NCBI GenBank assembly: GCA_050951545.1
Contig: JBMNJG010000012.1
Location: forward strand, 365,382-429,381
Reading direction: 5' to 3'
DNA length: 64,000 nt
Source: Limnochordia bacterium
Lineage (GTDB): Bacteria > Bacillota > Limnochordia > DTU080
Part shown: positions 47,204 through 58,108 of the stretch, in pieces
Numbering within the stretch: position 1 is the first letter of the stretch
Layout: the number at the start of each line of letters is the position of its first letter
Position numbers and translations under genes: made by a program
Notes under the pieces: generated by a model
Told to the model about the DNA's origin: nothing
What the model saw: the letters and a program-made list of their open reading frames with translations, nothing else
Database searches by the model: none

Positions 47204-48265
47204 CTAGTTGAGAAAGCGCAATGGATCTAGTGGCTTGTTGTCGCGCCGGATCTCAAAGTGCAGGTGCGGCCCTGTAGTGCGACCAGTGTTACCCGAGCGG
47301 GCTACAACCTGACCCTTGCGAACGGCATCTCCTTTCGCCACACGGAGCTCCGAGTTGTGAGCATAGTAGGTCTCCCAACCAGAACCATGATCAATGACCA
47401 GCAGCTGGCCGTAACCGCCTGACCATCCGGCAGACTTGACGATACCGTCAGCAGCGGCGCGAACGGGTGTGCCCGTAGGAACTCCCAGATCAATGCCCTC
47501 ATGCATGCGGCCCCATCTCTTACCGTAGGGTGATGTGAGACGCCCGGTAACTGGCCACGCGAACCCGCTTTCCGGCCCATTCGTTGTGCGTTCGAGAGCT
47601 TCTCGACCTTTGTCGGCGTCACTCGCAATGGCCAGCGGAACCTCAGTGACCTGCTGTGTCACACGAGCAGGGCCTTGGCTGACGTCGGTTAGAGGTGCTT
47701 CGCCCTCGCGCTGTGTCACAACTGCCTTCTCCTGGCGCGCAGTGATCGCAGCGGGTTTCTGCACTGGACCTGGCAAAGGAGTTGAGATGACACCGCCGAC
47801 TCCACCAAAGATGATCGGTTGGGTGGTCTGGGCAGGGCCATCGCTAAGCCGTAACACAAGACCGGGACGAATGGTACCGTCCGCCTGTAACCCGTTGATT
47901 CTCATGAGTTCCTGCAGGGCTACCCCGGTCTCTCTGGAGATGGCCCAGAGCGTATCACCCTGACTTACTGTGTAACTGGGCGATGACTGCTCGCTGGTTG
48001 TAGCCTGGTCATCGGACTCCGTTGCCGCAACGGGCGGGCTGAGCATGATCTCTTGTCCCGGCTGAATAACGCTGTTTTGCTTCAAGTTGTTCCAACTCAA
48101 GAGATCGGCGAGAGCGATCCCGTGGGTTCTGGCGATGGCGTAGAGGGTATCACCTTTTCGAACGACATGCATGTTCTGCGTAGCCAACACAGGTACGGAG
48201 AAACATGCCGTGGCCACTAGAAGGCTTACCATCAACACCTTGCCGCGTCCTCGTATTGAGGGCAT
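47204..48265 (-). CDS. LysM(x2)-M23 peptidoglycan endopeptidase
   Basis: Two LysM domains (GDTLYAIA, GDTLWAIS), HEGID, YAH and GPHLHFE; signal peptide; RBS AGGAGG. Confidence 0.92.
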   Translation of the reverse strand: MPSIRGRGKVLMVSLLVATACFSVPVLATQNMHVVRKGDTLYAIARTHGIALADLLSWNNLKQNSVIQPGQEIMLSPPVAATESDDQATTSEQSSPSYTVSQGDTLWAISRETGVALQELMRINGLQADGTIRPGLVLRLSDGPAQTTQPIIFGGVGGVISTPLPGPVQKPAAITARQEKAVVTQREGEAPLTDVSQGPARVTQQVTEVPLAIASDADKGREALERTTNGPESGFAWPVTGRLTSPYGKRWGRMHEGIDLGVPTGTPVRAAADGIVKSAGWSGGYGQLLVIDHGSGWETYYAHNSELRVAKGDAVRKGQVVARSGNTGRTTGPHLHFEIRRDNKPLDPLRFLN

Positions 48266-48483
48266 TCGATTCCTCCTGCGGACGGTCTGCCGTTTATTAT
48301 GGACATGACTACGACGACCACAGTGCAAAAGCCTGCCTCGATTGTCATCTAATTTCTGCTTTGAGCACGAATCCCATATCGCAACTGATGGCTGTAACCC
48401 TACGCAGGTGACACGCGGTGCGACTCGAATGAGAGGAAATGCCATGCCTCTGAACAAGCGTAGAACCATGAAGGGGGGAACCC

Positions 48484-49587
48484 ATGGAAAAGGTAAAGGT
48501 CGGCATCATAGGTTGCGGGAAGATCAGTGGCATCTACTGCCAAGCAAAGCAGGTTTTCGGCATCCTTGACATCGTCGCCTGCGCAGATCTGGTCCCTGAG
48601 AGAGCAAAGGCCAGAGCCGAGGAGTATGCCATTCCCAGAGCTTGCTCGCCCGAGGAGCTCTTGCGTGACCCGGAGATTGAGCTGATCGTGAATCTTACCA
48701 TCCCTAAGGCGCACGCGGAGGTATGCTTGGCTGCCCTAGAAGCAGGCAAGCATGTCTATGTTGAGAAACCTCTGTCAGTCACTCGCGAAGAAGGGCAGAG
48801 GCTGCTTGCTGTGGCCAACGCGAAGGGACTACGTCTCGGTGGCGCTCCCGACACTTTCCTTGGGGCGGGGCTGCAGACCTGTCGCAAGCTACTTGACGAC
48901 GGGTGGATTGGCCAACCAGTGGCTGCCACGGCATTCATGCTCTGTCGCGGTCACGAAAGCTGGCACCCCGATCCGGAGTTTTACTACCAGGTTGGTGGCG
49001 GCCCGATGTTTGATATGGGGCCGTATTATCTGACAGCCTTGGTCTCCCTAATCGGACCCGTGCGCAGCGTTGCCGGATGTGCACGCGTCACATTCCCGCA
49101 GCGGACGATCACTAGCGAGCCAAAGAGAGGCCAAACGATCAACGTTGAAGTACCCACACACGTTGTGGGTATTCTGGGTTTCGCTAATGGTTCCATGGCG
49201 ACTATCGTGACAAGTTTCGATGTCTGGGGCGGACAGCTGCCGCGTATTGAGATCTACGGTACCGAGGGCACCATGAGTGTGCCTGATCCTAACACATTTG
49301 GCGGACCGGTCCTCATCAGACGCGGCCGTTCTAAGGAGTGGAGCGAGTTTCCCCTTCCGTTCGGGTACAGTGCGAATAGCCGCGGTCTCGGTGTTGCCGA
49401 TATGGCACATGCCATTCGCACAGGTCGTCCACACAGAGCCAATGAGCAGCTAACGTACCACGTCCTTGACATCATGTCGGGTATTCACGATGCCGCGGAC
49501 GCAGGTAGGCATGTGGAGCTTGAGAGTACCTGTCAGCGCCCCGCACCTTTCCCTCTCGGGCTTCCGATGGGAATCCTGGATGACTGA
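48484..49587 (+). CDS. Gfo/Idh/MocA family oxidoreductase
   Basis: IGCGKIS, VEKP, APDTFLG and [21 protein letters not shown] motifs. Confidence 0.92.
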   Translation: MEKVKVGIIGCGKISGIYCQAKQVFGILDIVACADLVPERAKARAEEYAIPRACSPEELLRDPEIELIVNLTIPKAHAEVCLAALEAGKHVYVEKPLSVTREEGQRLLAVANAKGLRLGGAPDTFLGAGLQTCRKLLDDGWIGQPVAATAFMLCRGHESWHPDPEFYYQVGGGPMFDMGPYYLTALVSLIGPVRSVAGCARVTFPQRTITSEPKRGQTINVEVPTHVVGILGFANGSMATIVTSFDVWGGQLPRIEIYGTEGTMSVPDPNTFGGPVLIRRGRSKEWSEFPLPFGYSANSRGLGVADMAHAIRTGRPHRANEQLTYHVLDIMSGIHDAADAGRHVELESTCQRPAPFPLGLPMGILDD

Positions 49588-49592
49588 AGGTG

Positions 49593-49633
49593 AGGAGACC
49601 CCCCTATAGTCTGTGCGGATAGGGCGGTCTCCT
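49593..49633. terminator. Hairpin between convergent genes
   Basis: aggagacc.cccta...taggg.ggtctcct stem. Confidence 0.5.
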
Positions 49634-49638
49634 GCCTC

Positions 49639-51327
49639 TCAGCGTCTCATCGCTTCGGCGTAGGCCTCCTGGTAGGCCACACCACAACGAGCCAGTGTCT
49701 CCTCTGCATCCTGAATCGCGAACACAGGCATATACATCAGGTTGGCATATTCCATCACCATGCGTTCGGCGCAGAAGCGGCTCTGCGCCATGGCGATACT
49801 TGCTCGCATCATCTTTTCCCAGCTCTTGCGATCTTGGAAGGTTGGCAGTATCTCACTCATGAGCTTCTCATAGAGATCGACTAGGTCGCGCTCGTTCTGA
49901 TCTGGGCCCTGATAACCGTTGCCAAACTGCCAGCCATTCACTCCGTCGTGACAGCCCTCTGGCCACCAACCGTCAAGGATGCTGAGGTTCAGTACCCCGT
50001 TCATTGCAGCCTTCATTCCCGAGGTGCCCGAAGCCTCCAACGGTCGGCGAGGGTTGTTCAGCCATACGTCGCAGCCGCGTACCATGCGCTTAGCCAGGTA
50101 CATATCATAGTTCTCCAGATAGACCACGCTGCTCGGGTACTGATGTGCTGCAGCATACATAGCGGACACGATTTTTTTGCCATTCTCATCGTGGGGGTGA
50201 GCCTTTCCTGAGAAGATGAGGGAGATCCTACCCGAAGCAAGAAGCGGCTCAATCACATCGGGGCGTCGCAAGATCAGATCGCTGCGCTTATAGGTGGCAG
50301 CCCTGCGTGCGAAACCAATCAAGAGTGAGTCGGGGTTCAGACACCTGCCAGTGCGGGCAGCCACTTCCACGAGAAGCTCGTTTCTGGCAACAGCATGCAC
50401 TGACCACAGATCCTGATGGTGTTCAAAGGCCACTCCCATACGAGGATCCTGCCATGTAGGTCGGTGAACGCCGTTGGTCACGGCCAGAACTGGTGCACAG
50501 CGATCGACGTCCGACCACATCTCGCGAGCCGTAACACCATGCATCTTGGAAACGCCATTCGCGAGCTGCGCCAAACGCAAACCAGCCACAGTCATACCGA
50601 AAGGGTCTCCGCCAAGCAAACACATCTGACGGAAGTCCAAGCCGTTGTAGGCGCCGATGTCTTGCAGGAAAGGATGCTCATGAGATTCGTTTCCAGCCAA
50701 CACAGGTGTGTGTGTTGTGAACGTGATATGCGAACGGACGGCGCGCAGGGCCGTATCAAACGATTCACCTCGCTCCATGCGTTCACGGAGCAGTTCGACA
50801 CCCGCCAACACCGCGTGTCCTTCGTTGAAATGGAAAATATCCACAGGAATCCTCAGTTTCCTAAGGGCTCGTACGCCGCCGATGCCCAGCACAATCTCCT
50901 GTGCCACACGATCAACTTCACTGCCCCCGTATAGGCTGCGCGTGATCCACCCATGGGGGCTCCCCGGGATATTCGTGTCAAGAAGATATAAAGGGGCATT
51001 GCCATAGGCATCGAGACGCCATACGCGACAGGCGACGTTCTCTCGGCCCACTTGCACGTGGACCACTACCCCTGTGTCCTGCATGTGCTCCATTTTCAGC
51101 GGAGGATATGTGTCGTAGGGTTTGCCTTCCTGGTCAACATGCTGCGCCGTATAGCCGTGATGCCACAAGATGCCTACGCCAACCATCGGCATCTTCAGAT
51201 CATGGGCCGCCTTTAACACGTCACCTGCTAAGATACCTAGGCCACCAGCATAGATGACCAGTTCTTCGTGCAGGCCAAACTCCATGCAAAAATAGGCGAC
51301 ATGCGGAAGACCCGTACGCTTGTCCAT
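49639..51327 (-). CDS. glgP: Alpha-glucan phosphorylase (short GT35)
   Basis: YAGGLG.LAGD, NEGH, TTHT, TNGVH, ARRAATYKR, GKAHP and EASGTSGMK motifs. Confidence 0.93.
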   Translation of the reverse strand: MDKRTGLPHVAYFCMEFGLHEELVIYAGGLGILAGDVLKAAHDLKMPMVGVGILWHHGYTAQHVDQEGKPYDTYPPLKMEHMQDTGVVVHVQVGRENVACRVWRLDAYGNAPLYLLDTNIPGSPHGWITRSLYGGSEVDRVAQEIVLGIGGVRALRKLRIPVDIFHFNEGHAVLAGVELLRERMERGESFDTALRAVRSHITFTTHTPVLAGNESHEHPFLQDIGAYNGLDFRQMCLLGGDPFGMTVAGLRLAQLANGVSKMHGVTAREMWSDVDRCAPVLAVTNGVHRPTWQDPRMGVAFEHHQDLWSVHAVARNELLVEVAARTGRCLNPDSLLIGFARRAATYKRSDLILRRPDVIEPLLASGRISLIFSGKAHPHDENGKKIVSAMYAAAHQYPSSVVYLENYDMYLAKRMVRGCDVWLNNPRRPLEASGTSGMKAAMNGVLNLSILDGWWPEGCHDGVNGWQFGNGYQGPDQNERDLVDLYEKLMSEILPTFQDRKSWEKMMRASIAMAQSRFCAERMVMEYANLMYMPVFAIQDAEETLARCGVAYQEAYAEAMRR

Positions 51328-51511
51328 AGCCAGACACCTACCCGTACTGAAGTGGGAAGCTTACTACCCTTAGAAAGGTTGCCCGAAGCCGGAGCTGTGC
51401 CATACGCAGGCGGAACCAGGAAGGATTTGCCTCAGTGGAGCCGAACCGACAGGTGTAGAGTACGAGACGGTCGGTCACAAACCGGGGTACAACAGATTGG
51501 GGGCGCTTGTT

Positions 51512-52327
51512 TTGGCCGAGTTTGGACTCATCCACTATAACTTCAAGGGAACGCTTGACGAGTTCCTAGATTACGCTCGGGATGCTGGATTTCGCTGCAC
51601 TGAGCTACCCATACAGGATATCTGGAACGAAAAAGAGGGGCAAAGCTTCGAGGCGGCTAAGCAGAGCGCGGCTCGCGTGGCAGAGATGCTGACAAGCCGT
51701 GGATTACGTGCATCAGCGATCTCTGCAGGTAACAACTTCCTCTTCGCAGACGAGAAGGCGCGCCAGGCCCAGATTGATCGGCTCAAGCAGGTATGTGAAC
51801 TGGTCCGCATCGTGGGCACTTCGCTTCTCCGCATCGATGGTGGTTCTGTCCGCCAGGGTATGGTAGATGACAGGCAGCTGCATCTCAACCTGATCGTCGA
51901 AGCTCTCCTACAGCTACGCGAGTTTATCGAAGCAGAAGGTTTTCGTCTGGCCCTCGACAACCACGGCATGGTAACCAACGATGCAGACTTCCAGATCGAG
52001 ATCTTTAAGCGGGTCGACTCCAAGAATCTGGGGGCCAACGTCGATACCATGAACTATCGTTGGGCGGGGCATGACATGGCGACGGTGCGCTCATTCTACG
52101 AGAAGATCGCGCCCTATGCCTTCCATACTCACTTTAAGGACGGAACAGGCTGCCGCAACACCTATGTTGGATCAGCTCTGGGTGAGGGTGAGATCCCCTT
52201 GGCGCATGCGGTGAAGTGCCTCAAGGATGCTGGATATAAAGGCCCATGGGTCGTCGAGTATGAGGGCAAGACGGATGCCCGGGAAGGATACCGCAAAGGT
52301 CTGGAATGGCTCAAAGCGCATGTGTAA
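51512..52327 (+). CDS. Sugar phosphate isomerase/epimerase (TIM barrel)
   Basis: LDNHG, NVDTMN, HTHFKD, GEGEI and VEYEG motifs. Confidence 0.82.
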   Translation: MAEFGLIHYNFKGTLDEFLDYARDAGFRCTELPIQDIWNEKEGQSFEAAKQSAARVAEMLTSRGLRASAISAGNNFLFADEKARQAQIDRLKQVCELVRIVGTSLLRIDGGSVRQGMVDDRQLHLNLIVEALLQLREFIEAEGFRLALDNHGMVTNDADFQIEIFKRVDSKNLGANVDTMNYRWAGHDMATVRSFYEKIAPYAFHTHFKDGTGCRNTYVGSALGEGEIPLAHAVKCLKDAGYKGPWVVEYEGKTDAREGYRKGLEWLKAHV

Positions 52328-52350
52328 AGAACCCACGTGCTAACGGCCAG

Positions 52351-52380
52351 GCATAAATCGCACCACAGCGCGCATACAGT
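52351..52380 (+). promoter_or_regulatory. Putative SigE promoter
   Basis: GCATAAA-15 bp-CATACAGT upstream of the cwlD-like gene. Confidence 0.6.
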
Positions 52381-52421
52381 AACCCCCGCCTCACCACACA
52401 GGTGGAAAGGGGTGTTATCTG

Positions 52422-53156
52422 GTGCGCGTTCTCTTTCACGCGATGCACGTTCGGCACCTGTACGTGTTCGCTATGGCTATGCTACTGCTGGCAGCTCTAC
52501 CTGTAGCCATCGCGTTCGGAAGGGCGGAACGGCTTGAGCGGCGTCTGTCTGGCTGGACCGTGGCCATCGATGCAGGACACGGAGGGGCCGACAAAGGTGC
52601 CTGGTTTCCGCAATCAGGGCTTGTCGAGAAGGAGATCAACCTTACTGTAGCCAAAACCCTCGCCCAGCAACTGGAGGGCGAGGGTTTCATCGCTCTGTTG
52701 ATTCGCACCGACGACATACACATTGAGCTGGGTGAACGCGCCTCCAAAGCGAACACGAGTCGAGCGGATATCTTCGTCAGCATCCACGTTAACCGTTTTC
52801 CCCAAGACAGCAGGTGCCGCGGTGCACAAACCTTCTACCAAAGTGGTTCGGCCGCAGGTAGGCTTCTGGCGGTTCTCGTGCAGCAAGAGTTGCGCACCAT
52901 CGACCCCACAAACAAGAGAGAGGCTATCGCTGCGGATTACAAAGTGCTTCGTGAGTCCGACATGCCTGGCATACTGGTCGAGATAGGGTTTGCCACAAAC
53001 CCGCGTGACCGCCAGTTGATCATGGATCCGGAGTACAGAACAGCCATTGCGACAGCCATCCGCAGAGGTCTGGTGCGTTACAGTCAGTCGCGCGTTGGTT
53101 CTCGCCTATCGAGAAAGGGTCGTCGAGCCTCGGCATCATCGACGGGCCGCGTATAG
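52422..53156 (+). CDS. cwlD: N-acetylmuramoyl-L-alanine amidase (Amidase_3, CwlD-like)
   Basis: IDAGHGG, EKEINL, SIHVN, GAQTFY and LVEIGF; N-terminal transmembrane segment; SigE-like promoter. Confidence 0.75.
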   Translation: MRVLFHAMHVRHLYVFAMAMLLLAALPVAIAFGRAERLERRLSGWTVAIDAGHGGADKGAWFPQSGLVEKEINLTVAKTLAQQLEGEGFIALLIRTDDIHIELGERASKANTSRADIFVSIHVNRFPQDSRCRGAQTFYQSGSAAGRLLAVLVQQELRTIDPTNKREAIAADYKVLRESDMPGILVEIGFATNPRDRQLIMDPEYRTAIATAIRRGLVRYSQSRVGSRLSRKGRRASASSTGRV

Positions 53157-54107
53157 ACGTCGATAGTCCTCTAAGGTAGACGGACGGTAATCATCAGCAT
53201 GACCAGCGCATCCGAATTGGCGCATGCGCAGCCCAACAACCTCGGCCATCGCTTGCCGCGCTGGGCCCATGTAATCGCGCGGATCGAACTTCTCCGGTTC
53301 TTCGCCAAAGACCCGACGTACTGCAGCGGTGGCAGCTAATCTCAGGTCGGTGTCGACGTTAATCTTGCTGACACCCATCCCAATAGCTGCCTGGATGGCC
53401 TCTATGGGTACTCCAAACGTGTCCTGCAGACAACCGCCGTAACGGTTTACGCAGGCCACTAGATCTCGGGGTACCGATGAGGAACCGTGCATCACCAGTG
53501 GTACGTTTGTTCGCTTGCGGATCTCAGAGACCAGATCCAAGGCGAGTGTGGGTTCGCTCTTAAACTTATAGGCACCATGTGAGGTACCGATGGCTACGGC
53601 TAGCGCGTCACACTCAGTACGTTCCACAAACTCCTCGGCCTGCGCAGGGTCTGTCAACTGCACGTCGCCTTGCACATCCTCCTCGATGCCACCCAAGGTC
53701 CCCAGCTCGGCCTCGACAGACACACCGTGTGCGTGGGCATACTCCACTACCTCCCGCGTGAGGCGGACGTTTTCGTCGAAAGGGAAATGAGACCCATCAA
53801 TCATCACCGATGTGAAACCTAAGGCGATCGCTGTCTTGGCAGTCTCCACTGTGCCGTGGTCAAGATGCACTACTATAGGTAGATGCGGATTCTCTTCAAC
53901 AGCTGCGTTGACCAGATGCTTAAGGTAGACGAGGTTCGTGTACTTAAGCGCCCCCCTGCTGGCTTGAATGATGACAGGAGAGCTGTTCTTCTGCGCAGCC
54001 ATAGCGATGGCTTGTATCTGCTCCATGTTGTTGACATTGAAAGCTCCGACACCGTAACCGCCTTTCGCGGCCTCATCCAGCACCTGAGCCATAGGAACCA
54101 ACGGCAT
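53136..54107 (-). CDS. fba: Fructose-bisphosphate aldolase class II
   Basis: GAFNVNN, HLDHG, EAELG, IGTSHGAYK, HGSS and KINVDTD motifs. Confidence 0.95.
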   Translation of the reverse strand: MPLVPMAQVLDEAAKGGYGVGAFNVNNMEQIQAIAMAAQKNSSPVIIQASRGALKYTNLVYLKHLVNAAVEENPHLPIVVHLDHGTVETAKTAIALGFTSVMIDGSHFPFDENVRLTREVVEYAHAHGVSVEAELGTLGGIEEDVQGDVQLTDPAQAEEFVERTECDALAVAIGTSHGAYKFKSEPTLALDLVSEIRKRTNVPLVMHGSSSVPRDLVACVNRYGGCLQDTFGVPIEAIQAAIGMGVSKINVDTDLRLAATAAVRRVFGEEPEKFDPRDYMGPARQAMAEVVGLRMRQFGCAGHADDYRPSTLEDYRRLYAARR

Positions 54108-54319
54108 AAAGCAACCTCCTCCTCAAGTCGCGTGCTGCATACCGCCGTATGCGGATGGCCAGCAACGAATTACGACACTTCTCTTCAACATAGGGTGCCT
54201 CCTGCCGAGTGCGGCAAACCATTCCCAGAAAACGAAGGATGGCAACAGGTAATGCGTCATCTATGCCGAAGCGCGTCCTTAAAATATCGGATTTTTCCGC
54301 CACAGGGGGACTGGAGGAT

Positions 54320-55162
54320 ATGCCCTACCCAGCCATCACCATTGGTATGGGTCAGATGCTTGTCATGGGAGGCGATCTGCAAGGGAATCTGATGCGCGCC
54401 CGGACGATGATCAAGGAGGCTGCTCAGTGCGGCTGCCGAGTTGTCGTGCTTCCCGAATGCCTTGATGCTGGCTGGACCGATCCCAGCGCTCGGGAGCTGG
54501 CGCAGCCAATTCCTGGTCCTACAGCGGCGATTTTGGCGGCGGCGGCTCGGGAACACGGGATTTATGTCGTCGCTGGACTAACGGAAAGAGCTGGTGACCG
54601 TCTCTACAATAGCGCAGTGTTGATTGACTCCCGAGGCGTCTTGCTTCATCTCCACCGCAAGATAAATGAGCTCAACGTTGCGCAGAATCTCTATAGTATC
54701 GGTGATCGGCTCGGGGTGGTGGCTACACCGTTTGGGGTCGTCGGGTTGAGCATCTGTGCTGACAATTTCACCAGCTCGCTGGCAATCGGCCATACCCTGT
54801 GCCGAATGGGGGCTCACTTCATTTTCTCTCCGTCGTGTTGGGTCGTAGAAGCAACGCATGACCAGCAGCAGACGCCCTACGGGGCCGCCTGGAGGGCGTC
54901 GCATCGCCAACTTGCCATCTACTATGGCATTACCATGGTCAGCGTGAGCAGTGTCGGTCACATCGGTGGAGGCCCCTGGAGGAAAAGAAAGGCCATCGGC
55001 TGCTCACTGGCCATCGGTCCGGGAGGAGCCCCACTGGGCCAGGCGCCCTATGGAGAGCAAGCGGCGGGACTCGTTACTGTGCGTGTGAGTGCGGTTGAGC
55101 GTACCGTAGCGGGTACTGACTACGCGCCCTACCTCAAAGCCAAAGGATATGATGGCCCGTAA
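54320..55162 (+). CDS. Carbon-nitrogen hydrolase (nitrilase superfamily)
   Basis: Catalytic triad in LPEC, HRKIN and ICADNF. Confidence 0.88.
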   Translation: MPYPAITIGMGQMLVMGGDLQGNLMRARTMIKEAAQCGCRVVVLPECLDAGWTDPSARELAQPIPGPTAAILAAAAREHGIYVVAGLTERAGDRLYNSAVLIDSRGVLLHLHRKINELNVAQNLYSIGDRLGVVATPFGVVGLSICADNFTSSLAIGHTLCRMGAHFIFSPSCWVVEATHDQQQTPYGAAWRASHRQLAIYYGITMVSVSSVGHIGGGPWRKRKAIGCSLAIGPGGAPLGQAPYGEQAAGLVTVRVSAVERTVAGTDYAPYLKAKGYDGP

Positions 55163-55165
55163 TGC

Positions 55166-56830
55166 CTACCTGGCACCTCTGCGCTTCAGTGACAGCAGCA
55201 CCAGCCCGGCTGCCAATGCTGCCTGCGCGTTTGCATAGCAAAGAAAAGGCGTCGTTCCGCTTTCAAGCGGCACCTCGGCTATGAGTAGACCCGGGTCGAA
55301 ACCCGGCAGTAGCGCCTCTATCGTGCCTGCAGGCGAGGCGACGATGGTGACACCCACAGAACCCACCTGGGCCAGCCAACGCCCCGTCTCGGCTGCCCGG
55401 AATGGGGCAAATGCTGCCTGCAAAGCGAGCGCCGACGTTCGCCCCAGGTGGTCGAGGCTGGAGAGGAAAAGCAGAAGCTGGGCCCCATCTTGGACTAGCT
55501 TCCGCGCGGGCAGAGGGTCAATAAGCTCAGAGCATAGACCGATGCCCAACGCTGCCCCCCCTATCTGCAGGGGCCGCCAAGCGGTACCGGGTCTGGCCCA
55601 GGCCTCAGCCAAGGGAATGGTGCGCACCTTGGCATACAAATCGGTGATCTCGTCGGAAGGGCTCAGGGCGATAGCCGCATTGCTGTAAGCGTCTTCCTCG
55701 AGCCAAGGTAGGCCTACTACCAGCCAAGCCTGCTCCTCTTCGGCCATCCGTGTCATAGCGGCAGCGTACTGCGGATAGCCCAAAAGGGGCTCGTGCAGCA
55801 CAGTTTCGGGCCAGAGCACGACCACGCGGTCTGCCCCATCGAACTGACCCCTGGCGGCTCTGACCGCCTGTCGTGACTGTGTCAGGAGGCGCTGGAATAG
55901 GTGCCACATCGCTTCAGGGTTCCCCTTCGTCTCCCCGTACTCGTTCATGGTGAAGCCGCTTTGGATCAAGGCCAGCTGTACTCGCTCGCTCGGCGCTCTC
56001 GCTGCACTGGTAGAGCCGCTTACGCGTAGCCCCCCGTGCGTCGCTCCCCACCACGCACCTCCGACGAGCATGGCGCCCGCCACTACTGAGATGCCCACAC
56101 GATGGGCTGGCTCTGACGCTAGAAAACCATGGGGTGTCTCTTGCCCCCGGCTTCCCCCGCTAGTGCTTCTTCGTATCAAAAGCATGAGTGCCCCATTGAT
56201 ACCTACCACGAGAGCGGATACTCCAGACAACCCCACCCAACGCGCCAGTCGCACTACAGGCGGGTAGGCCCACTGTGTAAGCCCCAGATGCATCGACAGT
56301 CCAAGGCCGAGACTCTGTGTCATCCATTCGCTCGCCCACCACCAGCAGGCTACGGCGACCACACTCGACAGATCCTCGGCCAGCCTGCCGTAGGTCTTTC
56401 GCACGCGCCAAGTCACTGGTTGCCTCAAGAGCAGCCAGGCCACTGTGGAGAAGAGGCTAAGCTGTAGCGCAAAAAGGGCAAAGACAGCCAGGAAAGCCCC
56501 TGCTCGCTCGAGCCAGTTGGCTTCAATGATCATCCAGGTGAAGTAGAGAAGACCTCCGGAGCTGATCGCCCCTAGCACTGCACTCGATTGCAGTACCACC
56601 ACCAGACTCGGGGCATGAGCTAACCACTGCAGGTAAGGTAGCAAGGCGACATAAGCTAACCAGCCTTGTCCCACTGGCGGATAGGATAACACCAGCAAGC
56701 TGGCGCTCACCAGCAGCACCGTCACCGGCAGCATACGCTTGTGGTTACGCCCCTCAACCCCACGCAATCTCTGCCTCGCTTTCTTGTCGTAAGGGGCCCG
56801 GTTTCCCGGGCCCCAAGACAGGCGCTCCAC
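55166..56830 (-). CDS. lnt: Apolipoprotein N-acyltransferase
   Basis: Multi-TM N-terminus (LSYPP..WLAYVAL, LGLTQ); nitrilase domain WPET, YAK..IPLAE, GLCSE and FRAAETGR; TTPF. Start uncertain. Confidence 0.82.
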   Translation of the reverse strand: MERLSWGPGNRAPYDKKARQRLRGVEGRNHKRMLPVTVLLVSASLLVLSYPPVGQGWLAYVALLPYLQWLAHAPSLVVVLQSSAVLGAISSGGLLYFTWMIIEANWLERAGAFLAVFALFALQLSLFSTVAWLLLRQPVTWRVRKTYGRLAEDLSSVVAVACWWWASEWMTQSLGLGLSMHLGLTQWAYPPVVRLARWVGLSGVSALVVGINGALMLLIRRSTSGGSRGQETPHGFLASEPAHRVGISVVAGAMLVGGAWWGATHGGLRVSGSTSAARAPSERVQLALIQSGFTMNEYGETKGNPEAMWHLFQRLLTQSRQAVRAARGQFDGADRVVVLWPETVLHEPLLGYPQYAAAMTRMAEEEQAWLVVGLPWLEEDAYSNAAIALSPSDEITDLYAKVRTIPLAEAWARPGTAWRPLQIGGAALGIGLCSELIDPLPARKLVQDGAQLLLFLSSLDHLGRTSALALQAAFAPFRAAETGRWLAQVGSVGVTIVASPAGTIEALLPGFDPGLLIAEVPLESGTTPFLCYANAQAALAAGLVLLSLKRRGAR

Positions 56831-56861
56831 GAGCTGTGCTGCGCACTGCAGAGAGCGTTGT

Positions 56862-58064
56862 CTACTTATCGTCTATCTTGATCTGATCCCACAAGAAGCC
56901 GCTTTGCCCCTTGGCTTGCGCTTCAGCGAGCATTTTCCTTACCCGCGGATTTCTCTGAATGAAATCGGGTACTCCTTGTACGGTCGTTGAGGAGCCATCA
57001 GCGCGCGTCAAGACTGTCACCACAGCTGGTGCTGCGGCCACCTTCATCGCTCGCACACTTGTGGCTTCTTTGCTGGCATAGGTGGGCACTGGCACTCTCT
57101 GATTCGGCCGGATGGCGTAGGCCAGCCAGAGGTATTCCTTTTGTACGTCAGTCAGACAGAAGGGAGGCTTCTGGTAAGACGTTATCTGTGGATACATCAC
57201 CGAGTACTTGCCGTCTACGTGCCCCACGCCGAGGCTGTGCCACAGCTCGTGAGCGAAGACCGGTAGCTCCAGACTCACGTAACGCTCATCGATCATCATG
57301 ATGACCTTGTACAGGTAGCCGTGAACATCCTTGAGTTGAGTCTCCGCAGCCACGTACTCACCAAGCCAGCCAGCAAGGCACCATTCGATCTCCAGATGAC
57401 TGCTATCGGCGTTGCTTGCATAGTCCCAGCTTACTGGCAGGTCATGCCAGTAGCCCCTCACATAGTTCCATACCCCGTTCCGCCAGGCGTCATCGGGCAC
57501 GGGCCAACCCGGACCGGACCCACTGCCGTCCTCGATGAAGATGGAAACTGCCGTCCCAAAAGGCCAGCGCAGGTTGGGTTGGGATGAGCGCTGCAGAGTC
57601 CAATCTCGATTGATATCCCAGTACCAGAGGGCACTGATGTCAAGGAAGTCCGCCTCGCTGAACGGTTGGCCAGCCACTACAGATGGATAGGGCACTGTGA
57701 CCGTCGTGTTCCGATTGCCAGAGAGATTCACGGGCTCGCTTTTGATACCAACATGCGAGGTGACGGTCAGTGTGTAGATGTCCCCTGGCACGCTAGAAAA
57801 CGAAAAACGTCCGTCCACGTCGGTCACGGTCCGCCGGACTGTTCCGGTCGACCCCTCAAGCGATACCTCGGCCTCGTCCATCAACAGGCCCCTCGGGCCA
57901 AAGAAAACCGTACCTGTGAGTTGGTAGACCCCGGGGTCGAACACCCAAGTGGCACTGATGAAACAGCCTGAGGTGACCAAGGCTATCGCAACAAGCATGG
58001 CCGCGAGCAATAGCTGATGACCGAAACGGTGCCTGCGAACGCCTGGTGACACTGATCGCTTCAT
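56862..58064 (-). CDS. Lipoprotein with carboxypeptidase-regulatory-like beta-sandwich and metzincin (M10-like) protease domain
   Basis: Lipobox VTSGC; TVTDVDGRFSF..VPGDIYTLTV; HELWHSLGVGH followed by Met-turn SVMYP. Confidence 0.78.
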   Translation of the reverse strand: MKRSVSPGVRRHRFGHQLLLAAMLVAIALVTSGCFISATWVFDPGVYQLTGTVFFGPRGLLMDEAEVSLEGSTGTVRRTVTDVDGRFSFSSVPGDIYTLTVTSHVGIKSEPVNLSGNRNTTVTVPYPSVVAGQPFSEADFLDISALWYWDINRDWTLQRSSQPNLRWPFGTAVSIFIEDGSGSGPGWPVPDDAWRNGVWNYVRGYWHDLPVSWDYASNADSSHLEIEWCLAGWLGEYVAAETQLKDVHGYLYKVIMMIDERYVSLELPVFAHELWHSLGVGHVDGKYSVMYPQITSYQKPPFCLTDVQKEYLWLAYAIRPNQRVPVPTYASKEATSVRAMKVAAAPAVVTVLTRADGSSTTVQGVPDFIQRNPRVRKMLAEAQAKGQSGFLWDQIKIDDK

Positions 58065-58108
58065 TTGCTTACGCCTCCCCAAGAACACGCTTATGGGCAT
58101 TGGGCCGA

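Noticed and set aside
48266-48483. Possible c-di-AMP riboswitch upstream of the LysM-M23 gene
   Set aside because: The conserved ydaO words (GCTGAATCC, GGGGGAACC, CCGTCAGCTAA) are not present in the right order or strand.
54320-56830. Two nitrilase-superfamily genes tail-to-tail as a duplication or functional pair
   Set aside because: They are convergent, belong to different branches and share no visible sequence identity; likely coincidence.
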